DNA from: an uncultured delta proteobacterium
GTDB taxonomy: Bacteria > Desulfobacterota > Desulfobacteria > Desulfobacterales > Desulfosalsimonadaceae
Length of the DNA: 64,000 nt
Reading direction: 5' to 3'
Assembly (NCBI GenBank): GCA_963826785.1
Contig: CAWGYD010000004.1
Location: forward strand, 96,001-160,000
The notes under the pieces: generated by a model
What the model saw: only the letters and a program-made list of their open reading frames with translations
Told to the model about the DNA's origin: nothing
Database searches by the model: none
Part shown: positions 10,444-19,584 of the stretch, in pieces
How the letters are laid out: every line of letters starts with the position of its first letter
Numbering within the stretch: position 1 is the stretch's first letter
Translations under genes and position numbers: made by a program

Positions 10444-10980
10444 CTACCCGGTGATGAGATCGACCCGGTCGATGCCGTCGCTTTCCGTGAGCAGCACGTT
10501 AACGGCCTGGTCCGGTCGGGTATCGATGGTCTTTCCGGCATAATTGGCCTGGATGGGAAGCTCCCGGTGGCCCCGGTCGATGAGCACGGCCAATTCGATC
10601 CGGGCGGGGCGCCCGAAATCCATGATTGCATCCATGGCGGCCCGGATGGTCCTTCCGGTAAACAGCACATCATCAATCAGGATGATCTGCATGTCATTGA
10701 GGTTAAATGAGATGTCCGTGGCTTTCACAACGGGCTGCTGGGCCACCCGGGTCCAGTCATCCCGGTATAAATTGATATCCACGGCGCCTGCGGGAAGTTC
10801 GGTTCCGGTTTGATGCAATATCATCTCCCGGATGCGCCGGGCCAGGTAAACCCCCCGGGTGTGGATGCCGATCAGGGCCAGATCGTCTATATCCCTGTGC
10901 GATTTGATAATATCATCTGTGATCCGCTTCAGAATCCCGCCCATGTCCGGTGCCTCCAGAAGAGGGATGCGGTCGCCCAT
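10444..10980 (-). CDS. pyrR: PyrR regulator / uracil phosphoribosyltransferase
   Basis: GIHTRG, LYRDD, LIDDVLFTGRTIRAA, DRGHRELPI. Confidence 0.93.
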   Translation of the reverse strand: MGDRIPLLEAPDMGGILKRITDDIIKSHRDIDDLALIGIHTRGVYLARRIREMILHQTGTELPAGAVDINLYRDDWTRVAQQPVVKATDISFNLNDMQIILIDDVLFTGRTIRAAMDAIMDFGRPARIELAVLIDRGHRELPIQANYAGKTIDTRPDQAVNVLLTESDGIDRVDLITG

Positions 10981-11278
10981 TTTCATTTCCTTGTTGGGTT
11001 TAAAATGTAAAAAAACAGCCGACAGTCTACCCCGGAAGGTGGCCAAGATCAAGTTTTTAAAAAATATGACCCGGGAGAGACATTGCCCTCTGGTCGGAAG
11101 GCCGATGATGATATTCCGGAAGTCGGCCCTATCCATTGCGGTCGCGATGGTTGCTGTCGCGAGTGGGCATTGACTTCTCATCGATTATTTTTTAATGTCG
11201 GGGTGATGCGGAGATTGGGTGTACTTTCCATTTATTGCGTCATGCAAGAAAAATGGTCGAATGAGGCGGTCGGCACTT

Positions 11279-11890
11279 ATGCAAACCAGGGATGTTTCCT
11301 GCAGCGGCGTTATCCTGGCCGGGGGGTTGAGCACCCGCTTTTCCGGCAGGAACAAGGCTTTTCTGGAAATCGACGGTGTTCGGATCATCGACCGGATCTA
11401 TTCGGTCTTTGCCGCCATATTCGACGAAATCATCATGGTGACCAATGACCCGGTCAGCTACCTGGAATACAATGCCCATATCGCCTCAGACATTCATGAC
11501 ATCCGCAGTTCCCTCACCGGCATTCACACCGGCCTGTTTTACGCAAGCCATCCCTTTATTTTTGTCACTGCCTGCGACACCCCGTTTTTAAAATCTGAAA
11601 TGGTGAAAACCGTCATAGGCGAGATCGAACCGGACGCGGGGGTGGTGATTCCGGAAACATCTGCCGGCCTGGAGCCCATGTGCGCGGCGTATTCCCGAAA
11701 GTGTCTTTCCCTGATGGACCGGCATATCCGGGAAGAAAAATTGAAAATTCAGATGGTGATGCGAAAAACCCGGGTGAAAAAAATCGGGGAAAAGACGCTT
11801 CGGTCGGCCGACCCGGAACTGCTTTCCTTTTTTAACATCAATACCGCTGAGCATCTGGCACAGGCACGCTCCCTGAGCAAGGGGAAATAG
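11279..11890 (+). CDS. mobA: Molybdenum cofactor guanylyltransferase
   Basis: ILAGGLSTRF..NKA, ACDTPF, FFNINT. Confidence 0.92.
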   Translation: MQTRDVSCSGVILAGGLSTRFSGRNKAFLEIDGVRIIDRIYSVFAAIFDEIIMVTNDPVSYLEYNAHIASDIHDIRSSLTGIHTGLFYASHPFIFVTACDTPFLKSEMVKTVIGEIEPDAGVVIPETSAGLEPMCAAYSRKCLSLMDRHIREEKLKIQMVMRKTRVKKIGEKTLRSADPELLSFFNINTAEHLAQARSLSKGK

Positions 11891-11932
11891 GGGAGGTGCC
11901 GAAGGATTGCGGTCACATTCAGGAGCAAAAAA

Positions 11933-12298
11933 ATGAATATCAATGGCTACATTACTCAGGTAAAGCAGCACCCCGATTTTCACAAGGCCGGAATGGTTCT
12001 GTGCCATAACGGGGTCGTCCGGGGCACTTCCCGGGATGGAAGACCCGTTTCCGGGCTGATGGTGTCGGTGGACCACGACCGGCTCGCCCGGATCATCGAG
12101 AAAGAAAAACAGTCTGAAGGGATTGTCGAGATTGTCATCCACATCGCGGAAGGCCGCCGCCTGGCGGTGGGAGAGGACGTGATGGTCATCGTGGTGGCCG
12201 GCGATATCCGGGATCATGTGATCCGGGTGCTGGAGCGTACCTTAAATGCGGTCAAGCAGACGGTGACCACCAAGACCGAATTTTTCGAAGGGGAATGA
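11933..12298 (+). CDS. moaE: Molybdopterin synthase large subunit-like protein
   Basis: GMVLCHNGVVR, VVAGDIR, K.E C-terminus; located in the Moco cluster. Confidence 0.82.
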   Translation: MNINGYITQVKQHPDFHKAGMVLCHNGVVRGTSRDGRPVSGLMVSVDHDRLARIIEKEKQSEGIVEIVIHIAEGRRLAVGEDVMVIVVAGDIRDHVIRVLERTLNAVKQTVTTKTEFFEGE

Positions 12299-12300
12299 GC

Positions 12301-12798
12301 ATGGCCGATGAATTGACCCACCTGGATGAAAAGGGGCGGGTGCAGATGGTGAATGTTTCGGAAAAACCATCCACTTGCCGCCGGGCGGTGGCCCGGGCGG
12401 TGGTTTCCATGAAACCGGCCACATTTGCGCGGATCATGGAAAACGACATCAAGAAGGGCAATGTACTGGAGACCGCCCGAATCGCCGGCATCATGGCGGC
12501 AAAGAGGACACCGGACCTGATTCCCCTGTGCCATCCCTTGAATATTTCCCATGTGGCGGTGGAGTTTTTCCCGGATGCGGATCGATGCCGGATCGAAATT
12601 CGCGCCACGGCGGAGATCTTCGACCGCACCGGGGTGGAGATGGAAGCGCTGACCGCAGTTTCTGTCGCCGGACTGACCATCTACGACATGTGCAAGGCGG
12701 TGGACAGGGAAATGGTGATCTCCGGCATCTGTCTGCTGGAAAAGTCCGGCGGCAGGAGCGGGACTTTTGTGCGCAACCCGGCCGACCCCGAACGATAA
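12301..12798 (+). CDS. moaC: Cyclic pyranopterin monophosphate synthase
   Basis: LTHLD, LIPLCHP, TGVEMEAL, IYDMCKAVD, KSGGRSG. Confidence 0.96.
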   Translation: MADELTHLDEKGRVQMVNVSEKPSTCRRAVARAVVSMKPATFARIMENDIKKGNVLETARIAGIMAAKRTPDLIPLCHPLNISHVAVEFFPDADRCRIEIRATAEIFDRTGVEMEALTAVSVAGLTIYDMCKAVDREMVISGICLLEKSGGRSGTFVRNPADPER

Positions 12799-12897
12799 AC
12801 CAGCGATGACCGTCCAGCCGCCATTTAATATTGAGGGACATGAGCAATTGCACAGCAGAAACACCAATGATTCATTGAAGCGCGGAGCCCCGAAATC

Positions 12898-14418
12898 ATG
12901 TCCGAACCCCTGATGCTCTATGGCCTGATCGCCGCCGGAACCGCTGCCGGTTTTTTGGCCGGCTGGATCATTACCCGGGCGGTTCTGCGCCGCCGCCTGG
13001 CCTCTTATGCATCCGTCAATGACCGGCTGGCAGGTGACCTGGAGCGGGCCGGGGCGGAGAAGGATTCCCTGAAAGCCACCCTGGAGCAGTACCACCAGGA
13101 ACTCCAGGCAGCCGACCGAAGGTACCTGGAATTGTCAAACGCCCATGCGGCATCTGAAAACAGCCTGGAACAGATGCAGGCCCTGAAAACGGACCTGGCG
13201 GCGAAAACCGCTGAGGTGCGAACGCTACTGGAGACGGTGTCGGAATTAAAGCAGCGCCAGGCCGAGCTGGCGTGCCGCATGGAGAGCGAACGGGAGGCCG
13301 CCCGGGAAAAGGCGGTTTGGTTCGAGGAAATGCGGGCGCGGATGATCGAGACATTTACGGCATTGTCCGGCCGGGTGCTGCAGGAAAACAACCAGGCATT
13401 TCTGGACCTGGCGGGTCAGACGTTTTCCGGATATGTGGCGGCGGCCAGAACCGATTTTGAAGGGAGGGAAAAGGCGGTCCGGGAAATGGTGAAACCGGTG
13501 GCACAAGTCCTGGAAAAGTACGATCAGCAGGTCCGGTCCATGGAAAAGGCCCGTGAAAAGGCCTATGGCGAACTGACCCAGCAGGTCCTGGCCCTGTCCC
13601 ATACCCAGAACGAACTGCAGCGGGAGACCGGAAAGCTGGTCAATGCCCTGCGCATGCCCCATGTCCGGGGCCGCTGGGGGGAAATCACCCTGCGCCGGGT
13701 GGTGGAAATATCGGGCATGCAGAACCGGTGCGATTTTTTCGAACAGCCCACGGAAAAGGACGGTCAGAACACCGTTCGGCCGGACATGATCATCCAGCTG
13801 CCGGGGGATCGGCGCATCATCGTCGATTCCAAGGTGCCCATCACCGCTTACCTGGATTCTCTGGAGGCCCCGTCCAGGGACGGCACGGAGGAGATGCTGG
13901 AACGGCATGCCCGGCACGTGCAGACCCATGTTCAGAAACTGGCCCAGAAGGAATACTGGACCCAGTTTGCGCCCACCCCGGAATTCGTGATCCTGTTCAT
14001 GCCCGGGGAAAATTTTTTCAGCGCGGCCCTGGGGAAAATGCCCGGGCTGATCGAAGAGGCGGCCGGAAAAGGGGTGATCCTGGCCACGCCCACCACCCTG
14101 ATCTCCCTGCTCAAGGCCGTATCCTACGGATGGAAGCAGACGGCGGCGGCCGATAATGCCAGGGCGGTGTCTACGCTGGGAAATGAACTCTACAATCGTC
14201 TGGCATCACTCGTGGATCATTTGAACAGCCTGGGTCGGGACCTGGAGAAATGCGTCTCCACTTTCAACCAGACCGTGGGTTCGCTGGAACGGCGGGTGCT
14301 GCCGTCCGCACGGAAATTCGAGGAGATGGGGGTGACGGTCAAGGGCGGAAAAACGCTCATCGCGCTTTCACCGGTGGAAAACAAGCCCCGCCGGATGGTC
14401 GTGGAAGAGGACGCATGA
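12898..14418 (+). CDS. rmuC: DNA recombination protein RmuC
   Basis: N-terminal TM and coiled coil; RGRWGE, RPD, IVDSKVP, ATPTTLI. Confidence 0.93.
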   Translation: MSEPLMLYGLIAAGTAAGFLAGWIITRAVLRRRLASYASVNDRLAGDLERAGAEKDSLKATLEQYHQELQAADRRYLELSNAHAASENSLEQMQALKTDLAAKTAEVRTLLETVSELKQRQAELACRMESEREAAREKAVWFEEMRARMIETFTALSGRVLQENNQAFLDLAGQTFSGYVAAARTDFEGREKAVREMVKPVAQVLEKYDQQVRSMEKAREKAYGELTQQVLALSHTQNELQRETGKLVNALRMPHVRGRWGEITLRRVVEISGMQNRCDFFEQPTEKDGQNTVRPDMIIQLPGDRRIIVDSKVPITAYLDSLEAPSRDGTEEMLERHARHVQTHVQKLAQKEYWTQFAPTPEFVILFMPGENFFSAALGKMPGLIEEAAGKGVILATPTTLISLLKAVSYGWKQTAAADNARAVSTLGNELYNRLASLVDHLNSLGRDLEKCVSTFNQTVGSLERRVLPSARKFEEMGVTVKGGKTLIALSPVENKPRRMVVEEDA

Positions 14419-15638
14419 GCCGATCTGCATTTTCTGAAGCGCAGAACCCTTTTGATACTCGCGGCAGCTGCATGGGTTCTGTTTTTGCTGACCCCGGGCG
14501 ATGATATCGCGCTTGCCGAAGGCGGGCATGCATCCCTGGTGCGGATGGATGAGGCCGATATTCCCGTGTTCGTCGATGATTTGATGTACCAGCACCTGAC
14601 CGATTGTATCGACGGAAGCATTTCTTATTTCAAAAAGCTGCCGGAACAGACCCGTATCCTGTACGGGCGGGATGCGTACACGGCGGCTCACATGGTAAAA
14701 TCCCTTGAATGCTTTGCCGAATTTATCCGCACCGGCCCCGCCCCCCTGCCGCTGAGCGATTTTATCCGCAGGAATTACCGGGTCTATGTATTTTCAGAAG
14801 ACGATGCCGGCGTCCCCGTGCTGTTTACCGGCTATTACCTGCCGCAGCTTGCGGGCAGTCTTCTGCGCACGGACAGATTCTGCCATCCCGTGTACGGCCG
14901 GCCCCAAGACCTGGTCGTGATCCCGCAGCCGGATCTTTCGAGTGCCGGCAAAGACCGCGAAACCATCGGCCGGAAAGTCGGCAGCCAGGTGGTCCCCTAT
15001 TACACCCGCCGGGAAATCGAGGAGGGAAGGGGGGCTGAGACACTGAGGCCCATTGTGTGGGTGGATGATCCTGTGGATCTGTTTTTCCTGCACATCCAGG
15101 GATCGGGTTCGGTCCGGCTGCCGGGGGGCGATCTGTTACATCTTCATTTTGACACCACCAATGGTCAACCCTACCGCAGCATCGGCAAGTACCTGATCGA
15201 AAATGGAAAAATGAAAAAGGAACAGGTCTCCATGCAGTCCCTTCGGGCGTATTTGAAAGCACATCCGGAGGAGATGAACGACATCTTCAACTCCAATGAC
15301 CGTTACGTCTTTTTTAAGAACTTCAGACCGGGGGGCCGTGGGATGTTACGACATCGAACTCACCCCGGGGCGGTCTCTTCGCCGCCGACCGCCGCATCTG
15401 TCCGCCGGCCGGGCTGGTCTACATGGAAGCGCAGAAGCCGGTAAATGCGCCCGAAGGCAGAAAACCCGAGTGGATCGATTGCTCGCGGTTCATGGCCAAC
15501 CAGGATACGGGCAGCGCCATCACCGGTCCCGGCCGGGCGGATATCTTCTGGGGAAGCGGCCCCTATGCGGAAATGGCCGCCGGCTATATGAAACATCCCG
15601 GCCGCCTGTTTTTCCTGGTGCTGAAGCCGGAGGAGTAA
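14415..15638 (+). pseudogene. mltA: Membrane-bound lytic transglycosylase MltA, frameshifted (pseudogene or sequence error)
   Basis: FTGYY, LHIQGSG, RYVFF in one frame; LTPGRS in the next; QDTGSAI.GPGRADIFWG in a third. Confidence 0.8.
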
Positions 15639-15706
15639 AGAAATCGTTCACGTGCACAGATCCTTTGTGGCGGTACAATCTTTTTTGAATTGCCGAACGG
15701 AAAAGC

Positions 15707-16834
15707 CTATCTGCTTCTGTTGAAAAACAGCAGCACGCCCCCTGCACAGGCAAGCCCCGAACTGAACAGAAACAGGGGCCCCGCGCCGACCTTGTCGAAA
15801 AAATATCCGTTGATCAGAAATCCCGCCATGATGCCGAATCCGTAGGTCACCGCGTTGTTCACCGACTGGCCCAGGGTTTTGGCCTCTTTCGGGGTCAGCT
15901 GGTCGATGTAGAGGATGCTGGCCATGTGAAAGGCGCCATAGGAGAAGGCGTGCAGCATCTGGGAGGCGATGATCGGCACGGGAGAGGAGACGAAGAAAAG
16001 GATCAGCCATCGCAGAGCGGCCGCCATGAATGCGCCGATAAGCACATGCTCATAAGAAAACCGCGCAAAGAGCGGCTTTGAAAACATCATCACCCCGATT
16101 TCCGCCGCCGAAGCCAGCGCCCAGGTCACGCCGATGAAGGTGGACGAAAACCCCAGGTTGTCCAGGTGGATGGAAAAAAAACCATAATAGGTGCCGTGGC
16201 TGGCCAGCATCAGAAAGGCGCAGAACAGAAAGACGAACACCCGGCGATTGGCCAGGGTTTTCACGCCGGCGGAAAACGGGGATTTTCGGGTCGTTCGAAC
16301 ATGTGGAATTTTCAGGGACACGGCCGACTGGACCAGTGATCCGGCCAGGATCAGGACGATGATGACGCTGACGCTGTAATAATCAATGATGCGTCCCACC
16401 GCCACCACGGTGAGGATAAACCCGATGGAACCCCATGCCCGAAGCTTTCCGTAGCCGGTCTTTTCCGTGTCCAGCAGGTCCATGGAAAACGATTCCAGAA
16501 AGGCGATGACGGGCGCGAAAAAGATGCCGTAAACGGCGGTGATCACAAGCATCGCCTCAAAATCGGTGGTAAGCAGGTAAGACGCCCAGAGGGCTGCGCT
16601 GATGAAGCTGCAAAAGATGTAGATGGGTCTGCGGATCAGGTATTTATCCGCAAGCGCCCCCCACGCCAGGGGAAACAGGGCCGTGGCCAGTGTCCGCACC
16701 GAGGCGAGCACGCCGATCTGGAAACCCGAAAAATTCAGATGGTAACAGTACAGGTTGAAATAGGGCAGAAAGATGCCCAGTACGGAAAAATAAAGAAAAT
16801 ACTGGGAACTGAGGATCAGGCGGACCGGTTTCAT
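15707..16834 (-). CDS. MFS transporter (HcaT/nucleoside-symporter-like)
   Basis: About 12 TM segments; WGALADK, YGKLRAWGSIG, QMLHAFSYG. Confidence 0.85.
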   Translation of the reverse strand: MKPVRLILSSQYFLYFSVLGIFLPYFNLYCYHLNFSGFQIGVLASVRTLATALFPLAWGALADKYLIRRPIYIFCSFISAALWASYLLTTDFEAMLVITAVYGIFFAPVIAFLESFSMDLLDTEKTGYGKLRAWGSIGFILTVVAVGRIIDYYSVSVIIVLILAGSLVQSAVSLKIPHVRTTRKSPFSAGVKTLANRRVFVFLFCAFLMLASHGTYYGFFSIHLDNLGFSSTFIGVTWALASAAEIGVMMFSKPLFARFSYEHVLIGAFMAAALRWLILFFVSSPVPIIASQMLHAFSYGAFHMASILYIDQLTPKEAKTLGQSVNNAVTYGFGIMAGFLINGYFFDKVGAGPLFLFSSGLACAGGVLLFFNRSR

Positions 16835-16847
16835 ATCGCCCAGCGGC

Positions 16848-17915
16848 TCACTCCTGGGGAGGCATTGCCGGCAGGGTGGTCCGTGAAGGATTGACGCCCA
16901 GCATGACGGAGATCCAGCGGGTCTCTTCGTTGCTCTCCAGCGCAATTTTGATGATCATGGTCAGCGGCACGGACAGGAGCATTCCCACCGGCCCCAGCAC
17001 CCATCCCCAGAACACCAGGGACAGGAAAACCACCAGTGTGGACAGTCCCAGTCCGCCTCCCATGAACCGGGGTTCAAGGATGGTGCCGAATACGATGTTC
17101 ACCCCTAAAAATCCGGCGGTGGCCAGCAGCGCATGCAGCAGTCCCAATTGCACCAGGGCCAGCAATACCGCCGGAACCGCCGCCAGGATCGACCCGATGT
17201 TGGGAATGTAATTGAGCAGAAACGCCAGCAATCCCCACAGGAGGGCAAAATCAACTCCCAGAATGGCCAGCCAGGCAAACACGGCCAGCCCGGTGAGCAG
17301 GCTGAAAATCGTCTTTAATGCCATGTACCGGTTGACGCTTTCCATGAACCGGCTGAAGCCGGAAAGTGATTTTTCCGGCGATTTGAGGGCGCTTCGGATC
17401 TTGTTGGGAAAACCGGCCGCTTCCAGCAGGATGAAGATGACCGTCAGCAGGATCAAAAAGGCGTTGGTCAGCGCGCCGCTGAGCCCCGTGAGGGTTTTGG
17501 CCGCCATCTGCATGGCGATGCTCGGGTTTAAGGTTTTGCGCAGCATTTCATCGGTGATCTCGATTCCCATCCGGGCCAGCCATTTCTGAAAACTGGCCGA
17601 CTGAACGATGAGCATTTCCCGATAGGTGGGAATTGAATTGGTAAAATCGTCCACGCTGCTTCCGACGAACCGGGCAATTCCGTACCCGATGGCGACCATG
17701 CAGGCGATGATAAAAATGATGGCCACGATGCCGGGCACGCCTTTGCGCTGAAGCCAGAAAAGCGGCGGGGTGAATATGATGGCGATGAAGACGGACAGCA
17801 GAAAAGGGATCAGCAGATCGGCCGCATTTTTCATCCCCGCGACGATGACCACAAAACATGCCGCCGCAATCAGAAAGGTGACGCCCTGGGATAAGCCGGT
17901 GGTGTTTTGTTCCAT
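16848..17915 (-). CDS. AI-2E family transporter
   Basis: FLLNYIPNIGS, LEPRFMG, FWGWVLGPVGMLLSVPLT. Confidence 0.92.
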   Translation of the reverse strand: MEQNTTGLSQGVTFLIAAACFVVIVAGMKNAADLLIPFLLSVFIAIIFTPPLFWLQRKGVPGIVAIIFIIACMVAIGYGIARFVGSSVDDFTNSIPTYREMLIVQSASFQKWLARMGIEITDEMLRKTLNPSIAMQMAAKTLTGLSGALTNAFLILLTVIFILLEAAGFPNKIRSALKSPEKSLSGFSRFMESVNRYMALKTIFSLLTGLAVFAWLAILGVDFALLWGLLAFLLNYIPNIGSILAAVPAVLLALVQLGLLHALLATAGFLGVNIVFGTILEPRFMGGGLGLSTLVVFLSLVFWGWVLGPVGMLLSVPLTMIIKIALESNEETRWISVMLGVNPSRTTLPAMPPQE

Positions 17916-18228
17916 CCTGTTTTCCAATCGTGTGCGTGTTTCGTTTTATGATCTTGAAATATTGCGCCTGAAATGCCTGAAACGAAAAATCATGGATTTT
18001 GGGCTTTGAGACCAGGGCCGTCATTATGGGCCATAGATCCGCTTTGCCTTCAGATAGTTAATATCAGAAGCGATCTCCCCGCGCAAGCCCCATGACGCCC
18101 GGAGTTATTCACTTGACAGAAAACCCGATATCCCTTATGTGTTCAGGAAATTGTGCAAAGGGCGTTCGGCAGAGGCGCGCCGTTCTCCTGCATATGGTAA
18201 AATTTCAACAACATCGAAGAGGTATGGT

Positions 18229-18960
18229 ATGAAACACAAGATGCGTTTTACCGGTATCATGATCCTGATGATCATACTGGTCTCCGGAATGGTCACTTTG
18301 GCATTTGCCGAAGGACAGGTACCCAAGGCGGTCGCCGAATCCGATTCGTACGATTTCGGCATGGTGGCCGAAGGAAAAACCGTGAAGGCCGATTTTGCCA
18401 TTAAGAATACCGGCAATGCCGACCTGGTCATCAAAGAAGTCAAAACCGGGTGAGGGTGCACCAAAGCGGCTTCTCCCGATAAGCCGATCCCTCCGGGCGA
18501 GGAGGGAATCATTTCAGTACTGGTGGAAACAAAAGGTTACGGCGGCAAAGATCTTCACAAAACCATCCGGGCAATTACCAATGACCCGGAAAACAACGAA
18601 ATAAAACTCAATATCAGCGGCAAGGTCAGCCAGCTGGCCACCATCGAGCCCAGCCGGGTGAACCTGACCGGGTATGTGGGCGAATCCATCACCCGGACCG
18701 TCAAGATCATCCCGGAAGGCAAGACCGCCTTTAACATCTTGAAAATCACTCCCCAGCTGGGGACGGACATTTCCGTGTCTGTAAACGAAAAGGATGAATC
18801 CGGCCAGAAGGTCTATGAATTGACCGTGGCGAACACCAAGCAGACTGAAGGCCGGTATTACGACAAGATCATCATCCTGACCGATCAGAGTGATTATCCC
18901 CCGCTGACCATCGTGGTCACCGGCTACATCCGGCCCAAACCGGAAGAAAACAAGGGCTGA
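18229..18960 (+). CDS. Secreted DUF1573-type protein with in-frame TGA at 18451-18453 (probable selenocysteine)
   Basis: One frame across the TGA: VKTG*GCTKA aligns with ITGCACTTA of the paralog at 7936-8670; hairpins follow the TGA. Confidence 0.8.
18467..18509 (+). promoter_or_regulatory. Candidate bacterial SECIS hairpin(s)
   Basis: CGGCTT-CTCCCGAT-AAGCCG starting 13 nt after the TGA, then TCCCTCC-GGGCGA-GGAGGGA. Confidence 0.5.
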
Positions 18961-19580
18961 TGGGCCGATACCGGGTACTGGCCTTCGACTGCGACGGGGT
19001 GATGTTCGATACGCAAAAGGCCAATTCCGCGTACTATAACGACATCCTGGCAAATTTCGGCCGGCCTCCCATGACGCCGGACCAGTATGCGTATGCCCAG
19101 ATGCAGACGGTGGACCGGGCGATTGCCCACCTCTTTGAAGATGAGGATGCCATTGCCGCGGCCCATGCTTTCCGCAGAACAAACGGGTACGACCCGTACA
19201 TCCCCATGATGGAAATGGAGCCGGACCTTGTCCGGCTCCTTGATTTCTACCGGGGCAGGATTTATCTTACCGTGGCCACCAACCGCTCCGACACCATGGG
19301 CAAGGTTTTAAAAATCCACGGCATCGAAGACTATTTCGACCTGGTGGTCACCGCCTTGGATGTGCCCCGCCCCAAGCCGCATCCGGATCCGCTGCAAAAG
19401 ATCCTTGATCATTTTGACGTGCCGCCGGATCAGATGCTGTACGTGGGGGATTCGAAGCTGGATGCGCTTGCGGCCCGGGCGGCCGGCGTTCCCCTGGCGG
19501 CTTACGACGATCCGGACCTGGACGGCGATTACCATATCCAGCGTTTGAGTCAGCTCTACGATATCTTAAATTCCTCATAA
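18960..19580 (+). CDS. HAD family hydrolase (phosphoglycolate phosphatase-like)
   Basis: FDCDGV, VATN, KPHPD, YVGDS. Confidence 0.92.
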   Translation: MGRYRVLAFDCDGVMFDTQKANSAYYNDILANFGRPPMTPDQYAYAQMQTVDRAIAHLFEDEDAIAAAHAFRRTNGYDPYIPMMEMEPDLVRLLDFYRGRIYLTVATNRSDTMGKVLKIHGIEDYFDLVVTALDVPRPKPHPDPLQKILDHFDVPPDQMLYVGDSKLDALAARAAGVPLAAYDDPDLDGDYHIQRLSQLYDILNSS

Positions 19581-19584
19581 GCCC

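Noticed and set aside
10981..11278. PyrR attenuator or Moco riboswitch between pyrR and mobA
   Set aside because: No recognisable PyrR-binding loop or terminator/antiterminator by eye; an Rfam search would be needed
14416..14418. rmuC TGA in frame with mltA as a possible Sec readthrough
   Set aside because: No Cys-motif context, a fusion is implausible, and an overlapping ATG plus a 1-nt indel explains it
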